From contig NC_058381.1 of assembly GCF_018350175.1 (NCBI RefSeq), forward strand, positions 1,860,001-1,924,000: a DNA stretch of 64,000 nucleotides. Direction: 5' to 3'. Below, piece after piece: positions 35,301-46,550 of the stretch. The translations under genes and the position numbers were made by a program. This stretch comes from Felis catus (taxonomy: Eukaryota). Below the pieces are notes generated by a model that searched no databases, was not told where the DNA came from, and was given only the letters and a program-made list of their open reading frames with translations. Every line of letters begins with the position of its first letter. Within the stretch, counting starts at the first letter, position 1.

Positions 35301-36779
35301 GGGACTCTTGCCCCATCACAGTCTGAGGAGTGTGGGGCCTGGGGCTCCGTCCCCCCGCCTCTGCTAAAGGCCCAGTACCTGGCCGAGTGAGCCCCGGGGC
35401 TGTTCCGGGTGAGCCCCCATACTCCCCATGGGCGTGCGGCTCCTGAGTCACACGTGAGCGGTGACCCTCCCCCACACACCGTATTTCCACTGGGGACGGT
35501 TCCCACCCTGCTTCTCCCTGACAGCCCCCCTCTCGGGTGTGCCCCAGGCTCCTACTGGGCCCTGTTCTGTCCCAGGAGCCCTCAGAGCCTTTCCTGCTGT
35601 ACCTTCCCCGTGTCCTCTGGGCCCGGCTGCAGCGTGACGGAGCAGGGCAGGTTCTGGGGGATCTGCGGCAGAGGAAAGAGGAGGCTTCAGTTCTCCCAGA
35701 GAGCCCCCAAATCTCTCTCCCAATCTCAGCTCAGAGGCTGGAGGAGGCCGGGGGGTGAGAAAGTAAGAAGGAAGGGGCCCCTGGGAGGAGACAGAGACAA
35801 GGGCTTCCTGAAGGCAGGCAGAGTGAGGGAGGTGGGTCTGCTCCCCCTCCCACCCTTCTTCTAGATCTGCACCTGACAGGCACCTGGCCACCCCCTCCCC
35901 CCACCTCAGTCCCAGACCCCTTGCCCCGCAGAGGGTGAGGGGCGTCCTCACTGTGAAAAAAAAGGGGTGGGCGTGCTGGCCCAGCTTCCTCAGCAGCCGG
36001 TCCTGAAGGCGGGTGGGGGGCCGGGGCGGGTTGGGCATGGGGGGGAAGGCCTGGTAGGTGGCGATGAACAGGTCTTTGCGGAAGGACAGGCCCAGCACGT
36101 CCAGGTCCTCGCGGCCATAGCGGAAGGCGCAGGTGAGGGTCACGAACACTGGCGAGGGAGGGCCGGGCGGGGCGGTCAGGACCCCCCCTTCCCCAGCCCC
36201 CCAGCACCTAGCCGCAGCGGCTCCTTCCTGGGCAGCGCGAAACCTGCCCGAATCCCACTCCCACTGCCTTCTCCGCCCTCTTTCTGGGGCCCCGTCCTCC
36301 TCGGCCGCCCCGACCTCCCCTCGGCCGGTACCTTTGCGGTCCTTCAAGTAGTCAGGGTCCACGAGCACCACGCCATCTGGGAAAGGGACGCCGCTGCATG
36401 AGCTCATTTCCTGTCAGGGCCTCTCCTCCATCCCTCGGCCCGGGGACTTTTTCCCCTCTTGGGGGACGTGGGCACACTTACCTACGGGGTCCACTCTGTC
36501 CAGGTGGTCTACAAAGTCCCGCTTGCCCAAGTACACGGTGAGCTGAGGATGCAGAAGGGACACAGGGAAGACAGGGCAGATGGGTGCAGGGCAGCAGAGC
36601 CCTGGAGGGGCCGTCCTGCCCGTGGCCTCCCCAGGCGGGGGTGTCCCCCCGGGTTTCCTTCAGAGCGGGGGATGATAGTGGGGTTTCCCAGACTACCCGA
36701 CCTTGAGGCTTTTGTCACACCTCTGCCCACAAGTCAAGCAAGTGTGGTGTGTGCGCGGGTGCGCGCGTGTGCATGCGTG

Positions 36780-36827
<48 letters not shown>

Positions 36828-39800
36828 GGGTGGGGTGGTGGGGCTTGGGGAGGACTTGCCCCAGGCAACCAGTTAGAAAGCAGGCTGTGGTGTCACTCCT
36901 CTGGGATTCACAGGCCATAGCCTGGGGGGTGCTAACTGTTCCCACCCCAGGCACCCTGAGCTGGGCTCCTAAGAGGGTCACAGCTGGGGCTTGGGGCTCC
37001 TCCCCCTTCATCTGGCCTCAGGCCGGTCCCCACCCAGCCCGTGGCTGAGTGCAGGGGCGAGCAGCCTTTGCGGCGGCAAGGGGCTTCAGGAGGGAAGGAA
37101 GTGGGCTCTCAGCTGTCACAGGAAGTGGGGGCTAGAGGTTGGGGATCATCTAGGCGCGGGCCGGGCCTTGCTCGGGCCCACAGAGGGCTGGGAGGAGAAG
37201 CAGCATGGCGGACCGACTCACCTTGCAGTTAGGGCTCGACTTCTTGAAGACCCTAACAAAACAGAAAGGGAAGCCCCACTGCCTCCGTCAGACTCGGCAG
37301 GGACCTCCCGAGCCGAGCCGGCCTGAGAGGCAGGGTTCTCCCGCCCCCAGGATTCAGCCCGGAGGCTTCCGGGCTTTGCCAGCCCTACCCCTCCCACTTC
37401 TCACCAGAAGGGTGGCCATAGGTCCTTAATGTTCCCGGCCCCCCCCCCCCCTTCCGTGCACTCTCACTCTAGGTCCCCTCCTGTGGCAGTCAGTAGTCAC
37501 TGGTTGCCCAGAAACCACCCAGCCTCTTCCCAGAGGACATCCCCCGGAGGGACCCGGATAGGCAGGTGGTAGTTGTGTCGGTCTGAGACCGAACCCTCCA
37601 CCTGTCTTCTCTGGGCTCCAAAGACAGCCAGAGTACCTGGAGGGCAGTGGCCCTGGCTTTCGCTCCTGAAATGGTTTCTACCTGGAGGCACTACTTAAGC
37701 GCGGCCCTACTCCGTTAACCTCCAAGGGTTCCCCATCCCTGATCTCAGCAGCCTCGAAGCTCACTTGTCTTTGAAGGCCGAGCCCAGATATCACCTCCTC
37801 CAGAAGGCAGAGCCAGCCCGGACTCCCGTTACCCCCCTTTTTTCGGGGGGGTTCCCGTCACACTTGCTGATGTTTCACTGGTGGTAAAACTTGTGATAGC
37901 GTGTCCGGGCAGTTAGCTGTGGACCATGTGTCACTAGGTAGACCGTGGACGTCACAGACCTCATCCAGTCGGGCATCCCCAGCACAATGCCCGCCGGACC
38001 ATGAAGATGATGGTGCGGGCTGACATTTAGCGGGGGCATGTGTTATCTCATTTAATAGTCTTAGCAACCCAACGATGGAGGGCCTAATAGTTCTATTTCA
38101 CAGGTGAGGAAAAACGAGGGCACAGGAGAGGGGAAGGATTTTGCCTAAGGCCCCAGAGCAAGTAAATGGTGGGATTCAGATGAATCAGAGGCAGTCTGGC
38201 TCTGAGCCCATGCTCTTTGTCAGGAAGCCGTTACACTCTCCTGTCTCTGCAGTTGGGCTTAAGTTCCTTGAGTTGAGGGGGATTCTCGCTTCCCAGAGCT
38301 GAAACGCTTGAAGCCCCAACTCTACCCATTGCTGAGAGGGTAGGTAGGTGTCCAGAGACCCCTGTGCTCTGGCCACTTGCGGGCCTGACGTCACTTATCC
38401 CAATCCGCTCAGCCGCGATCCCTGGAAGGGTCCTCGGATCTCCTGCCAACCGGCCCATCCTTCCTCCAACCCTGCCTTCTCCCCACCTAGTTTTGCTCTT
38501 ACAACTTCACTTCCCCCTTCTTCCCAGAAGGTCAAGATATCCAAAGGCCATAAGGCAAAGGGTATGGAAGTCCCTGGGTATCCCCATGCAATAAGGGAGA
38601 GTAAGCGCTGATACGGCGGCAGCTAGAATAAAGCACCACCTCTTGACCCAACCGAGGCTGGCCAAGGAGGCAGATCATGGGGGTGACCGTAGGGGGCCCG
38701 CAGAAGCAGATGTTCTCTCCGTTTCCTGTGGCCCAGAACTGGATGGAGGTGGCGGGAATTGTGCCAAGTCAGCAGTCCCCCCTCTGGTCCATCCATTCCC
38801 CTCCCTGAACCACATAACGGAAATTGGGGGCCTCCCTCAAGTCAGCGACTTCCCCTTTCTCCGGGGGGTGTTTGAGCCCTGATCCGGGACATCAGGCCTG
38901 CCTCTGGTCATCTCTCTCCACTACTGCTCGACTTGCTGCTCAGAAGCCTGGGTTCTCCTACTCTGTGGCTGGGGAGCGGCGGGGCTCCTATGATCATCTT
39001 TGGCGGAACAAGTGACAGCCCGGTACCAGGGCCCTGTTCCCGATCCCTTCTGGACAGAGGCACACAGCCCCAATCTTCTCCTCTTTTCCTCCTGCTCCCC
39101 AGGGACTCAGGCATTCACCCACTGCCCCCTTGGGGGTGCTGGGCCACAACAGGAAGTGGATTTTGCTAGAGACCAAAAAAGAGAACTCGGGGTATCAGTG
39201 GAAGGAAGGAGCCTCGATTGCACAGAAAACATCCGGGGAGTGGATGGCGTGCCCAGGGCAGATACTGGCTTCCCTCACCTCCGGGAAGAGGAGTGAGGCC
39301 CATAAGCGGGGAGGGTCGTCATGCACTCCGCTCCCCCAAGATGAAGCTGTTGCTCCTGGCAACCTGGGGTAAGGCAGAAGTTTGGAAGCAGAGCCACCTG
39401 GCCCTTGGGACAGCCCGACTGCCCGTGGGGCATTGGACAGGAGGCTTTCCAGCAGCTCGGGACGAGTCTGGGGAGGGGGGATCCCGTCCCGGCATCCAGC
39501 CTTCCCATACCCGACCCCTCGGGGCTGGCCACCTGCTCCTCCTCCTTCCGCCCCTGCATCGCAGCCCGCACCGGAGAGCCCAGTCGTTCGGCCCCCACAT
39601 CCCTGCGAGAACCCAGGCGCCGGTTTCCTGGTCCCCTTCAGCCCTCGCTTTCTGCACAGGGGCCCGGCATGCGTCCCCCTCGTTATCCTCGAGGACCTGG
39701 GCGTGCGGCCCCGGATGGCTGCCCCCTAGGGACCCAGGCGTCCGGCCCCCGGATTCTCTCCCGGGTGCCCTTGTCTGGGGACCGTCCCGGCACCAGCTCC

Positions 39801-39866
39801 GAGCCGCCGCCCACGTCCCGCCGCGTGGCCCCACCTCCCTTACCTGGTGCCCGGTTTCTCCCCCAT
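32309..39866 (-). CDS. ARRB2: Beta-arrestin-2 (arrestin-3), complete, 15 exons, 409 aa
   Basis: Exons (minus): 39866-39844, 37252-37222, 36542-36482, 36376-36332, 36148-35952, 35662-35603, 35222-35155, 35008-34873, 34676-34592, 34420-34348, 34071-33934, 33123-33040, 32939-32860, 32749-32695, 32402-32309. The sum is 1230 nt (410 codons including TAG). Translation is [31 protein letters not shown]...[37 protein letters not shown], with the clathrin box LIEFD and AP2 motif intact. Confidence 0.98.
36782..36821. repeat. (TG)20 microsatellite in ARRB2 intron 2
   Basis: Perfect dinucleotide run, preceded by a mixed purine-pyrimidine alternating tract from ~36742. Confidence 0.95.
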
Positions 39867-39869
39867 GGT

Positions 39870-40650
39870 GCGCGCGCCCGCCGCCCGCCCGGTCCGCGGC
39901 TCGCTCGCAGCCTCGCAGCCCTGCTGCCAGGTCCCCGCTCCTCCCCGCGCCACTGCGCACGCGCGGCTCTTTCTCCTCCCCCCCCCACCCCACCTCCCGC
40001 CCCTCCGGCCCCCCTCCGGGCCCGGGGAACCGCGGCCAGATGCGTCAGCCCGGCTCGCGCGCGCCGCACCGCCGCCCGCCCCCTCCGCTCAGACCCGCGC
40101 GCTGATTGGCTCCGCCCCCGCGCCCGCCCCTCCGCAGCCCCTCCCGCCGTCCCGAGCGGTAGGAAGGGGCGGGGGTCCCTCCCGCGCGCGCGGTCCCTGC
40201 TCCCCGCTCTGCCCGCCCATCTCTCCGCCCCTCCGCACCCGCTTAGGAACGATTGGGCCCCGTGGAACGACGGCGCCCGCCTGCCGGGAGCTTAGAGCCC
40301 GCTGATTGGCTCCCCGCGTCCAGGACGCGGCGGGGGTCCCCTCCCCTTTGTTTGCTTTCTCGGCGGCGGCGGAGGCGAGGGAGGCGGCGGGGGCGGAGGA
40401 GCGGGCGCCGGCACAGTCTGGGAAGGAGGGCTCGGGGACGCACACGTGGGTGAGCGGTTCCAGTTGCGTGATGCTCGCTTCAGCGCGCGCCGCTCGCGCG
40501 TGCTCGCAGCCTTGGCCCGCCCTCCCGCCTCTCGGTCGTGGTGTGTCAGCACCCTCTGGTGTCCGTCTTTGGTCTTCGCGGGGTTCCTTTGCCTAATTTC
40601 TCTGACCACCCAGGCCTGTCCATCTGCCGTCTTTGCAGCGAGCATCCGTG
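39870..40650. promoter_or_regulatory. ARRB2 CpG-island promoter with GC boxes and inverted CCAAT boxes
   Basis: CpG-dense and upstream of the ARRB2 ATG. GCTGATTGGCTCC occurs at 40101-40113 and 40301-40313, GC boxes lie at about 40112-40130, and E-box CACGTG is at 40443-40448. Confidence 0.75.
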
Positions 40651-42160
40651 CGTCCATCCATGCCTGTAATGTGCTAGTCACCGTGCTGGGCGATGGGGAC
40701 ACAGACACGAGTTAACATGGCCCCCGCTTCCCTAGTACAGTTCGGGAGACCCATAAACAGGCATCATGATCCCAAGAATACAAGAAAAGAGGTATGACTC
40801 AGAAGACACAGCGACTGCCAGCGCTTGACTGGGGCAGGGACGGAGGGGACTGTACGCTGTCCGAAGGAGGAGACATTTGAGGACAATCTTTCTGACGGGT
40901 GGGCAGAAAGGGTGTTCCCCCAGAGAAAGGCAAGGCACGTCCCGTTCTGAAGTGTTCGTGGGGGTCGATGGGAGGAGAGCGACTGGAACAGAGTGTGAAG
41001 GATTCTGCAGAGCCGGTGAAGGAACGAGACTGAGGTCCTCCCTGGAGGAGGCGGGGTGGGGGAGGGCACATGGATCCAGTAGTGGTTTTTTTCAAGCAAA
41101 AGACCGGCATGATGAGACTTCTCCTTTAGGAGGATAATTCCGGGCAAGGTGGAGGATGGAGAGAGCGGGGCAAGGTTGTCTAGACTAAAACTAGTCAAGA
41201 GATGGTGAATGATGGAGTGAAAGGGAGGAGGGGCTGGGCTGAGAGTCATTTCTAGAGACGGGGGAGGATGGTGCATTCCTGACATTTCTGGACTTAAGGG
41301 GCTCATGTATTTCTCCTTCTTCCTTCCATCTCTTTTCCCATTCTCCCCCTGTCCTTCCCAGCCAGGTGAACTAACTTCACACTCCCCCCTCCATTTTCGA
41401 TGTGACAAAAAGTAATACGCACAACACGACAGTTTCTGAGATCACCTTTAAGGCTCGAACACAGGCTCTCAGTTCCATCACCACCTTCTAAGCTCGCCTT
41501 TCACACCTTTCAAGCTGTAGATCAGACACTTCTTTTAGACTCACAAATCACAGGGTGCCTTCGGCTCAGGTCATGATCTCACACTCCGTGAGTTTGAGTC
41601 CCGCATCGGGCTCTGTGCGGACAGCTCAGAGCCTGGAGCCTGCTTCGGGTTCTGTGTCTCCCTCTCTCTCTGCTCCTCCCCTGCTCGTGCTCTGTCTCTC
41701 TCTGTCTCAAAAATTAAAAAAAAAATTTTAAAACAATTTAGACTCACGAATCACTTTTGTCAAAGGGTCATGACCAGAAGGTAATGAGACCTATATTGCT
41801 ACCTCTCTAAAGTGATTTTGGAACTGAAGGGTAGTGGTCTTATGACACGAACGCGACTGCATTAAAAGATACTAATATAAAGAAAATTTCAGACCGATAC
41901 TAAAGAAGACTAGAAAGAATGAAAGAGATACACCATTTTACTTTATAATGATGGGAAAAACCATCAGTATAAAGATGTCATTTCTTTACAAGTTGTCCTT
42001 AGATTTAACACCATATGAAAATAGCAGTGGGAGGCTGGTCCAAAGGTCGTGACTTATCTCAAGTGATTGTTCCCAGTCTGATCTAACTCCTCATTTGACT
42101 CCCTCCCCCCAGCCCTTTCTCACTACTGCACCTGATTAGACTTTAAAAATAAATAAATAA

Positions 42161-43039
42161 TGGGAATGCAAGCTGGTGCAGCCACTCTGGAAAACAGTAT
42201 GGAGGGGTGCCTGGGTGGCTCAGTCGGTGAGGCATCCGACTTCGGCTCAGGTCATGATCTCACGGTTCGTGGGTTCAGGCCCCGCGTCGGGCTCTGTGCT
42301 GATGGCTCAGAGCCTGGAGCCTGTTTCAGATTCTGTGTCTCCCTCTCTCCCTGACCCTCCCCCGTTCATGCTGTCTCTCTCTGTCTCAAAAATAAATAAA
42401 CATTTAAAAAAAAAAAGAAAAAAACAGTATGGAGATTCCTCAAAAAACTAAAAATGGAACTACCCTACGACCCAGCAACTGCACCACTAGGCATTTATCC
42501 ACGGGATACAGGTGTGCTGTTTCAAAGGGACACATGCACCCCCATGTTTATAGCAGCCCTATCAACAATAGCCAAAGTGTGGAAAGAGCCCAAATGTCCA
42601 TCGATGGATGAATGGATAAAGAAGATGTGGTATATATATACAATGGAGTATTATTCGGCAATCAAAAAAGAATGAAATCTTGCCATTGGCAACTACGTGG
42701 CTGGAACTGGAGGGTATTATGCTAAGTGAAATTAGTCAGAGAAAGACAAAAATCATATGACTTCACTCATGTGAGGACTTTAAGAGACAAAACAGATGAA
42801 CATAAGGGAAGGAATACAAAAATAATATAAAAACAGGGAGGGGAACAAAACATAAGAGACTCATAAATATGGAGAACAGAGGGTTACTGGAGGGTGTGGG
42901 AGGGGAATGGGCTAAATGGGGGAGGGGCATTAAGGAATCTACTCTCGAAATCATGGTTGCACTATATGCTGACTAATTTGGATGTAAATTTAAAAAATAA
43001 ATAAAATTAAGAAATAAAATTAAATAAAAATAAAAAAAC
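42161..43039 (+). mobile_element. 5'-truncated carnivore LINE-1 3' end with a nested Can-SINE (42205-42420)
   Basis: L1 ORF2 C-terminal/3'UTR text (translations MELPYDPA..PLGIYP..CTPMFIAALSTIAKVWKEPKCPS) and an A-rich tail. Probable TSD TAAATAAATAA at 42150-42160 and 43040-43050. The nested SINE has TSD AAAACAGTATGGAG at 42191-42204 and 42421-42434. Confidence 0.9.
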
Positions 43040-43049
43040 TAAATAAATA

Positions 43050-43735
43050 ACAATGGGACTTTTTGGGGGGGAACTTGATTCTAAATAATCATAAGAATCA
43101 ACTTGCAAGTGTAGCCAGGATAATTCTGAAAAAATAAGAATAAAGCAGGCATCGGGGCGCCTGGGTGGCGCAGTCGGTTGAGCGTCCGACTTCAGCCAGG
43201 TCACGATCTCGCGGTCCGTGAGTTCGAGCCCCGCGTCGGGCTCTGGGCTGATGGCTCGGAGCCTGGAGCCTGTTTCCGATTCTGTGTCTCCCTCTCTCTC
43301 TGCCCCTCCCCCGTTCATGCTCTGTCTCTCTCTATCCCAAAAATAAATAAAAAACGTTGAAAAAAAAATAAAAAAAAAAAAGAATAAAGCAAGCATTTGT
43401 CTTACCGCTAAGGTAATTTATTATGTCACAATAATTAAAATTGTGTTATCGGTGCAGTAATACTAAGCAGAGCAATGAAACAGAATAGAATGTCCAGATA
43501 CAGACACACAGGGCAGCATTTCAAGTCAATGGGGGAAAGAATGGCATATTCACTAAATTGGGTTGAGACAGTTGGCTATTCATTTGGGAGAAAAAAGTTC
43601 TGTCTCCATCTCACACCTTACACAAAATAAATTCCAGATGGGTTAAAGATCTAAATGCATGGAATAGAACTATAAAAGTATAAGGAGAAAGTATAGGAAA
43701 ATATTTTTTATAATCTCGGAGGTTGGGAAAAGCCC
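43050..43735 (+). mobile_element. Ancient L1M ORF2 remnant interrupted by a Can-SINE (43154-43380)
   Basis: Degenerate L1 text (CACACCTTACACAAAATAAATTCCAGATGGGTTAAAGATCTAAATG). SINE TSD AGAATAAAGCA(G/A)GCAT at 43137-43152 and 43381-43396. Confidence 0.65.
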
Positions 43736-45449
43736 CATAAGACATCAGACCCCAGGGCTGTAAATGATAACAGCTAGCACTTTATAATACTTAACCACAT
43801 GCCAAACATTGTTCCAAGCAGTTTACAAATATCAGTTCATTTAATGCAGCCCAATGCATTAAGGGTTTATAATTATCCTTATAATTATCCAGGGGGAGGG
43901 GGCGCCTGGGTGACTCAGTTGGTTAAGGGTCTGACTCCTGATTTTGGCTCAGGTCATGATCTCATGGTTCGTGAGTTCGAGCCCGGGGTTGGGCTCCCAG
44001 CTGACGGTGTGTGGCCAGCTTGGGATTCTCTCTCTCTGCCCCTCCCCCAGTCGCTTGCTCTAAAAAATAAACATTAAGAAATGAAGAAATGGAGGCTCAG
44101 TTAAGTAACTTGCAGGCTCACACAACTAGCAAGAGGCAAAGCTGGTGATTGAACCCAGCAGTCTAGCCCAGGGCCTGTGGTCTGTACCGTTAACACCTTA
44201 CTTCTAAGAGACGAAGAGGCTAAAATAAATAAAATGACAAATTGGAAGAAGCCTCTTGCAACCTTGCAACACGTCACAATCAAGAATAAGTCTCCACATC
44301 TACAAAGAGGTCCTACAAACGAATAAACCTGGTATTAATTAGGATTATGTACAAGGCACTATTTTACATGGTCGGTAGGGTGTTGAGTCAATGCAACCTT
44401 TCTAGCAGGCATTTGGCCGGTTCCCGTCAAAATTAAAAGTAGGTTTTCTCTTTTATCCAACTCTCATTTACACTCAACAGATATCAAGCACCTTTTATGT
44501 GCCAGGCACTGCTCTAGGTGATGGGGAGAAGACTCCTCTCCTGAGATTTGTCTTTTAGCTAGAAGAGATTGTCAACAAGAAAAGAAATACATTTTGGATA
44601 GTGTTAGGAGTCAGTTATTAAGATAAGCAGGGTGACATGGTAAAGGATGATGGGAGTTGGAGAGCTTCATGAGACATCAAACCCCAGGGCTATAAATAAT
44701 AAGGGACTACTTTAAAGGAACTACTTAAAAAGAAGCCCTCTTTGAGGATGGGAAGATGATATCAGTCACAGGGAATGAAAGAAAAATTTCTCTAGGCAGA
44801 AACAGCAACATGTGCAAAGGTCCTGAGGTGGCAGAGGGCTAGCTCGGGGATAGAAAGAAGGCTAGTTTGGCCCAAGGATCAGAAAAAAAAAACAGGGAAA
44901 CCGGGGATACTCGTGGTATACTTTGAGGACAGAGAAGTAGGTAGGTATGGGTCAGATCACACGGATTCCAGTGGCCTGGGTGAAGAGATGGGGTTTCATT
45001 CACATCAGATTTGGAAGCCACTGCAGGACTTCAAGCCGGGAGTGACGAGAACTGACTTGACATGTGAAAAGACCACTTTGGTTGCTTTGCAAAGGGAGTA
45101 CACAGGGCCAAGAGGGAAGCAATGAGGAGGCCATTGTAAGAGGCCAGATGAGAGAGAATGGTGACTGGGACCACAGTGGCACCGGAGATGGAGAAATAGA
45201 AAAAAAGTAGTGGTACTGGGCTAACGTATTTTGGACTTGAAGAAGGATTAGACAGAGGAGCAAGCAGGGAGGAATAAAGGCCCTTAGACTAGGATTTTTT
45301 TTTTTTTTTTTTTTTTGCCAGTTCAAATTATTAATTACCTTTGTGCACAAAGAGGGAAGTATGAGTGTTCAGTGAAGTGTATTAGTGAAAAGCCGGAGCA
45401 GCTGGAAATACCATATCGGGCCACAGAACTAGACCACGGTGCACCCATT

Positions 45450-46550
45450 TCATTGCACCCCGCAGTTTAAAAACCGGCGTAAAGGCGCCACGACGCGCAC
45501 CTAGTGAGACGAGTCGAGCGCAGACCCTGCTGTTGTGAAACAAACTTTGCGTTCACGTGTTTGTGCACCGACTAAGGTCAGCAGAGCACACACACCCCCC
45601 TGGGGCACGGAGCTGGGAAGACCGGAGGCGGCTCGTCCTTCATGCCGCGTGCTGCTTGCATTCGCGTTTGCAGGGCGCGAACGGCCGTCCCGGACTCCAG
45701 GCGAGAGGCCGGGTCCCAGGACGCCGGGCGCGCCGAGAGCGGAGGCGCCGCGAGCCCCGGGCACAGCCCGCGGAGGCCCGGGACGCTGGCGCCTTTTGTC
45801 CCGACCACGTGGTCCGCCCCGCGAGCGCGGCGCCCCGCTGTCCGCGCATGCTCCCTCGCAGCCCGCGCCGCGAGCCCAACCTCCGCCCGCCCAGCGCGCG
45901 GGGACGCGGCCCCCTCCTCACGCCCCCTCCCCACCCGGCGCCCGTCGCGGTGCGTTTGCGTCATCGCGCCACGCCACCACGGAGCCCGGGTGAAGATGGC
46001 GGCAGCCGTTCTCAGCGGGCCCTCGGCGGGCTCCGCGGCCGGGGTTCCCGGCGGGACCGGGGGGCTCTCGGCGGTGGGCTCGGGCCCGCGTCTGCGCCTG
46101 CTGCTGCTGGAGAGCGTGTCCGGGTTGCTGCAGCCGCGCGCGGGGAGCGCCGTGGCTCCGGTACATCCCCCGGTCCGCTCGGCCGCGCACTTGCCCGGGC
46201 TCATGTGCCTCCTGCGGCTGCATGGGACGGTGGGCGGGGCCCAGGTGAGTGTGGCCTGCGGCCCTGGAGGAGAGCGGGCGCAGCTCCCGGGGGCCGGGGT
46301 CGCGGGGCCCCGCCGCCGCGCCGGGGAGGTGGCGGGCAGGGGGCCTGGGGCGGAGAGCGGAGCCCGTGTCGCTCTGGGCCACATTCACGCCCTGGGAAAG
46401 CCGTCGGTAGAAACTCAGGCAAGAGGAAGGGCCTCGTTTTTCTCCACCGCTAGGCTCTTGGTGGTTCGAGCGGGTTCGAACAAGAGCGGGTTCGATCTCA
46501 GGCCCCGGCGTATCTGGTTTTGGGGATTGTTTCGACGGCGTGAGTGAATG
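45450..46550. promoter_or_regulatory. PELP1 CpG-island promoter; YY1 motif overlapping the start codon
   Basis: CpG-dense across exon 1. AAGATGGCGGC at 45993-46003 overlaps the ATG. Confidence 0.75.

Noticed and set aside
39218-40445. Several 220-296 aa ORFs around ARRB2 exon 1
   Set aside because: CpG-island shadow ORFs. Only the 23-nt first coding exon is supported.
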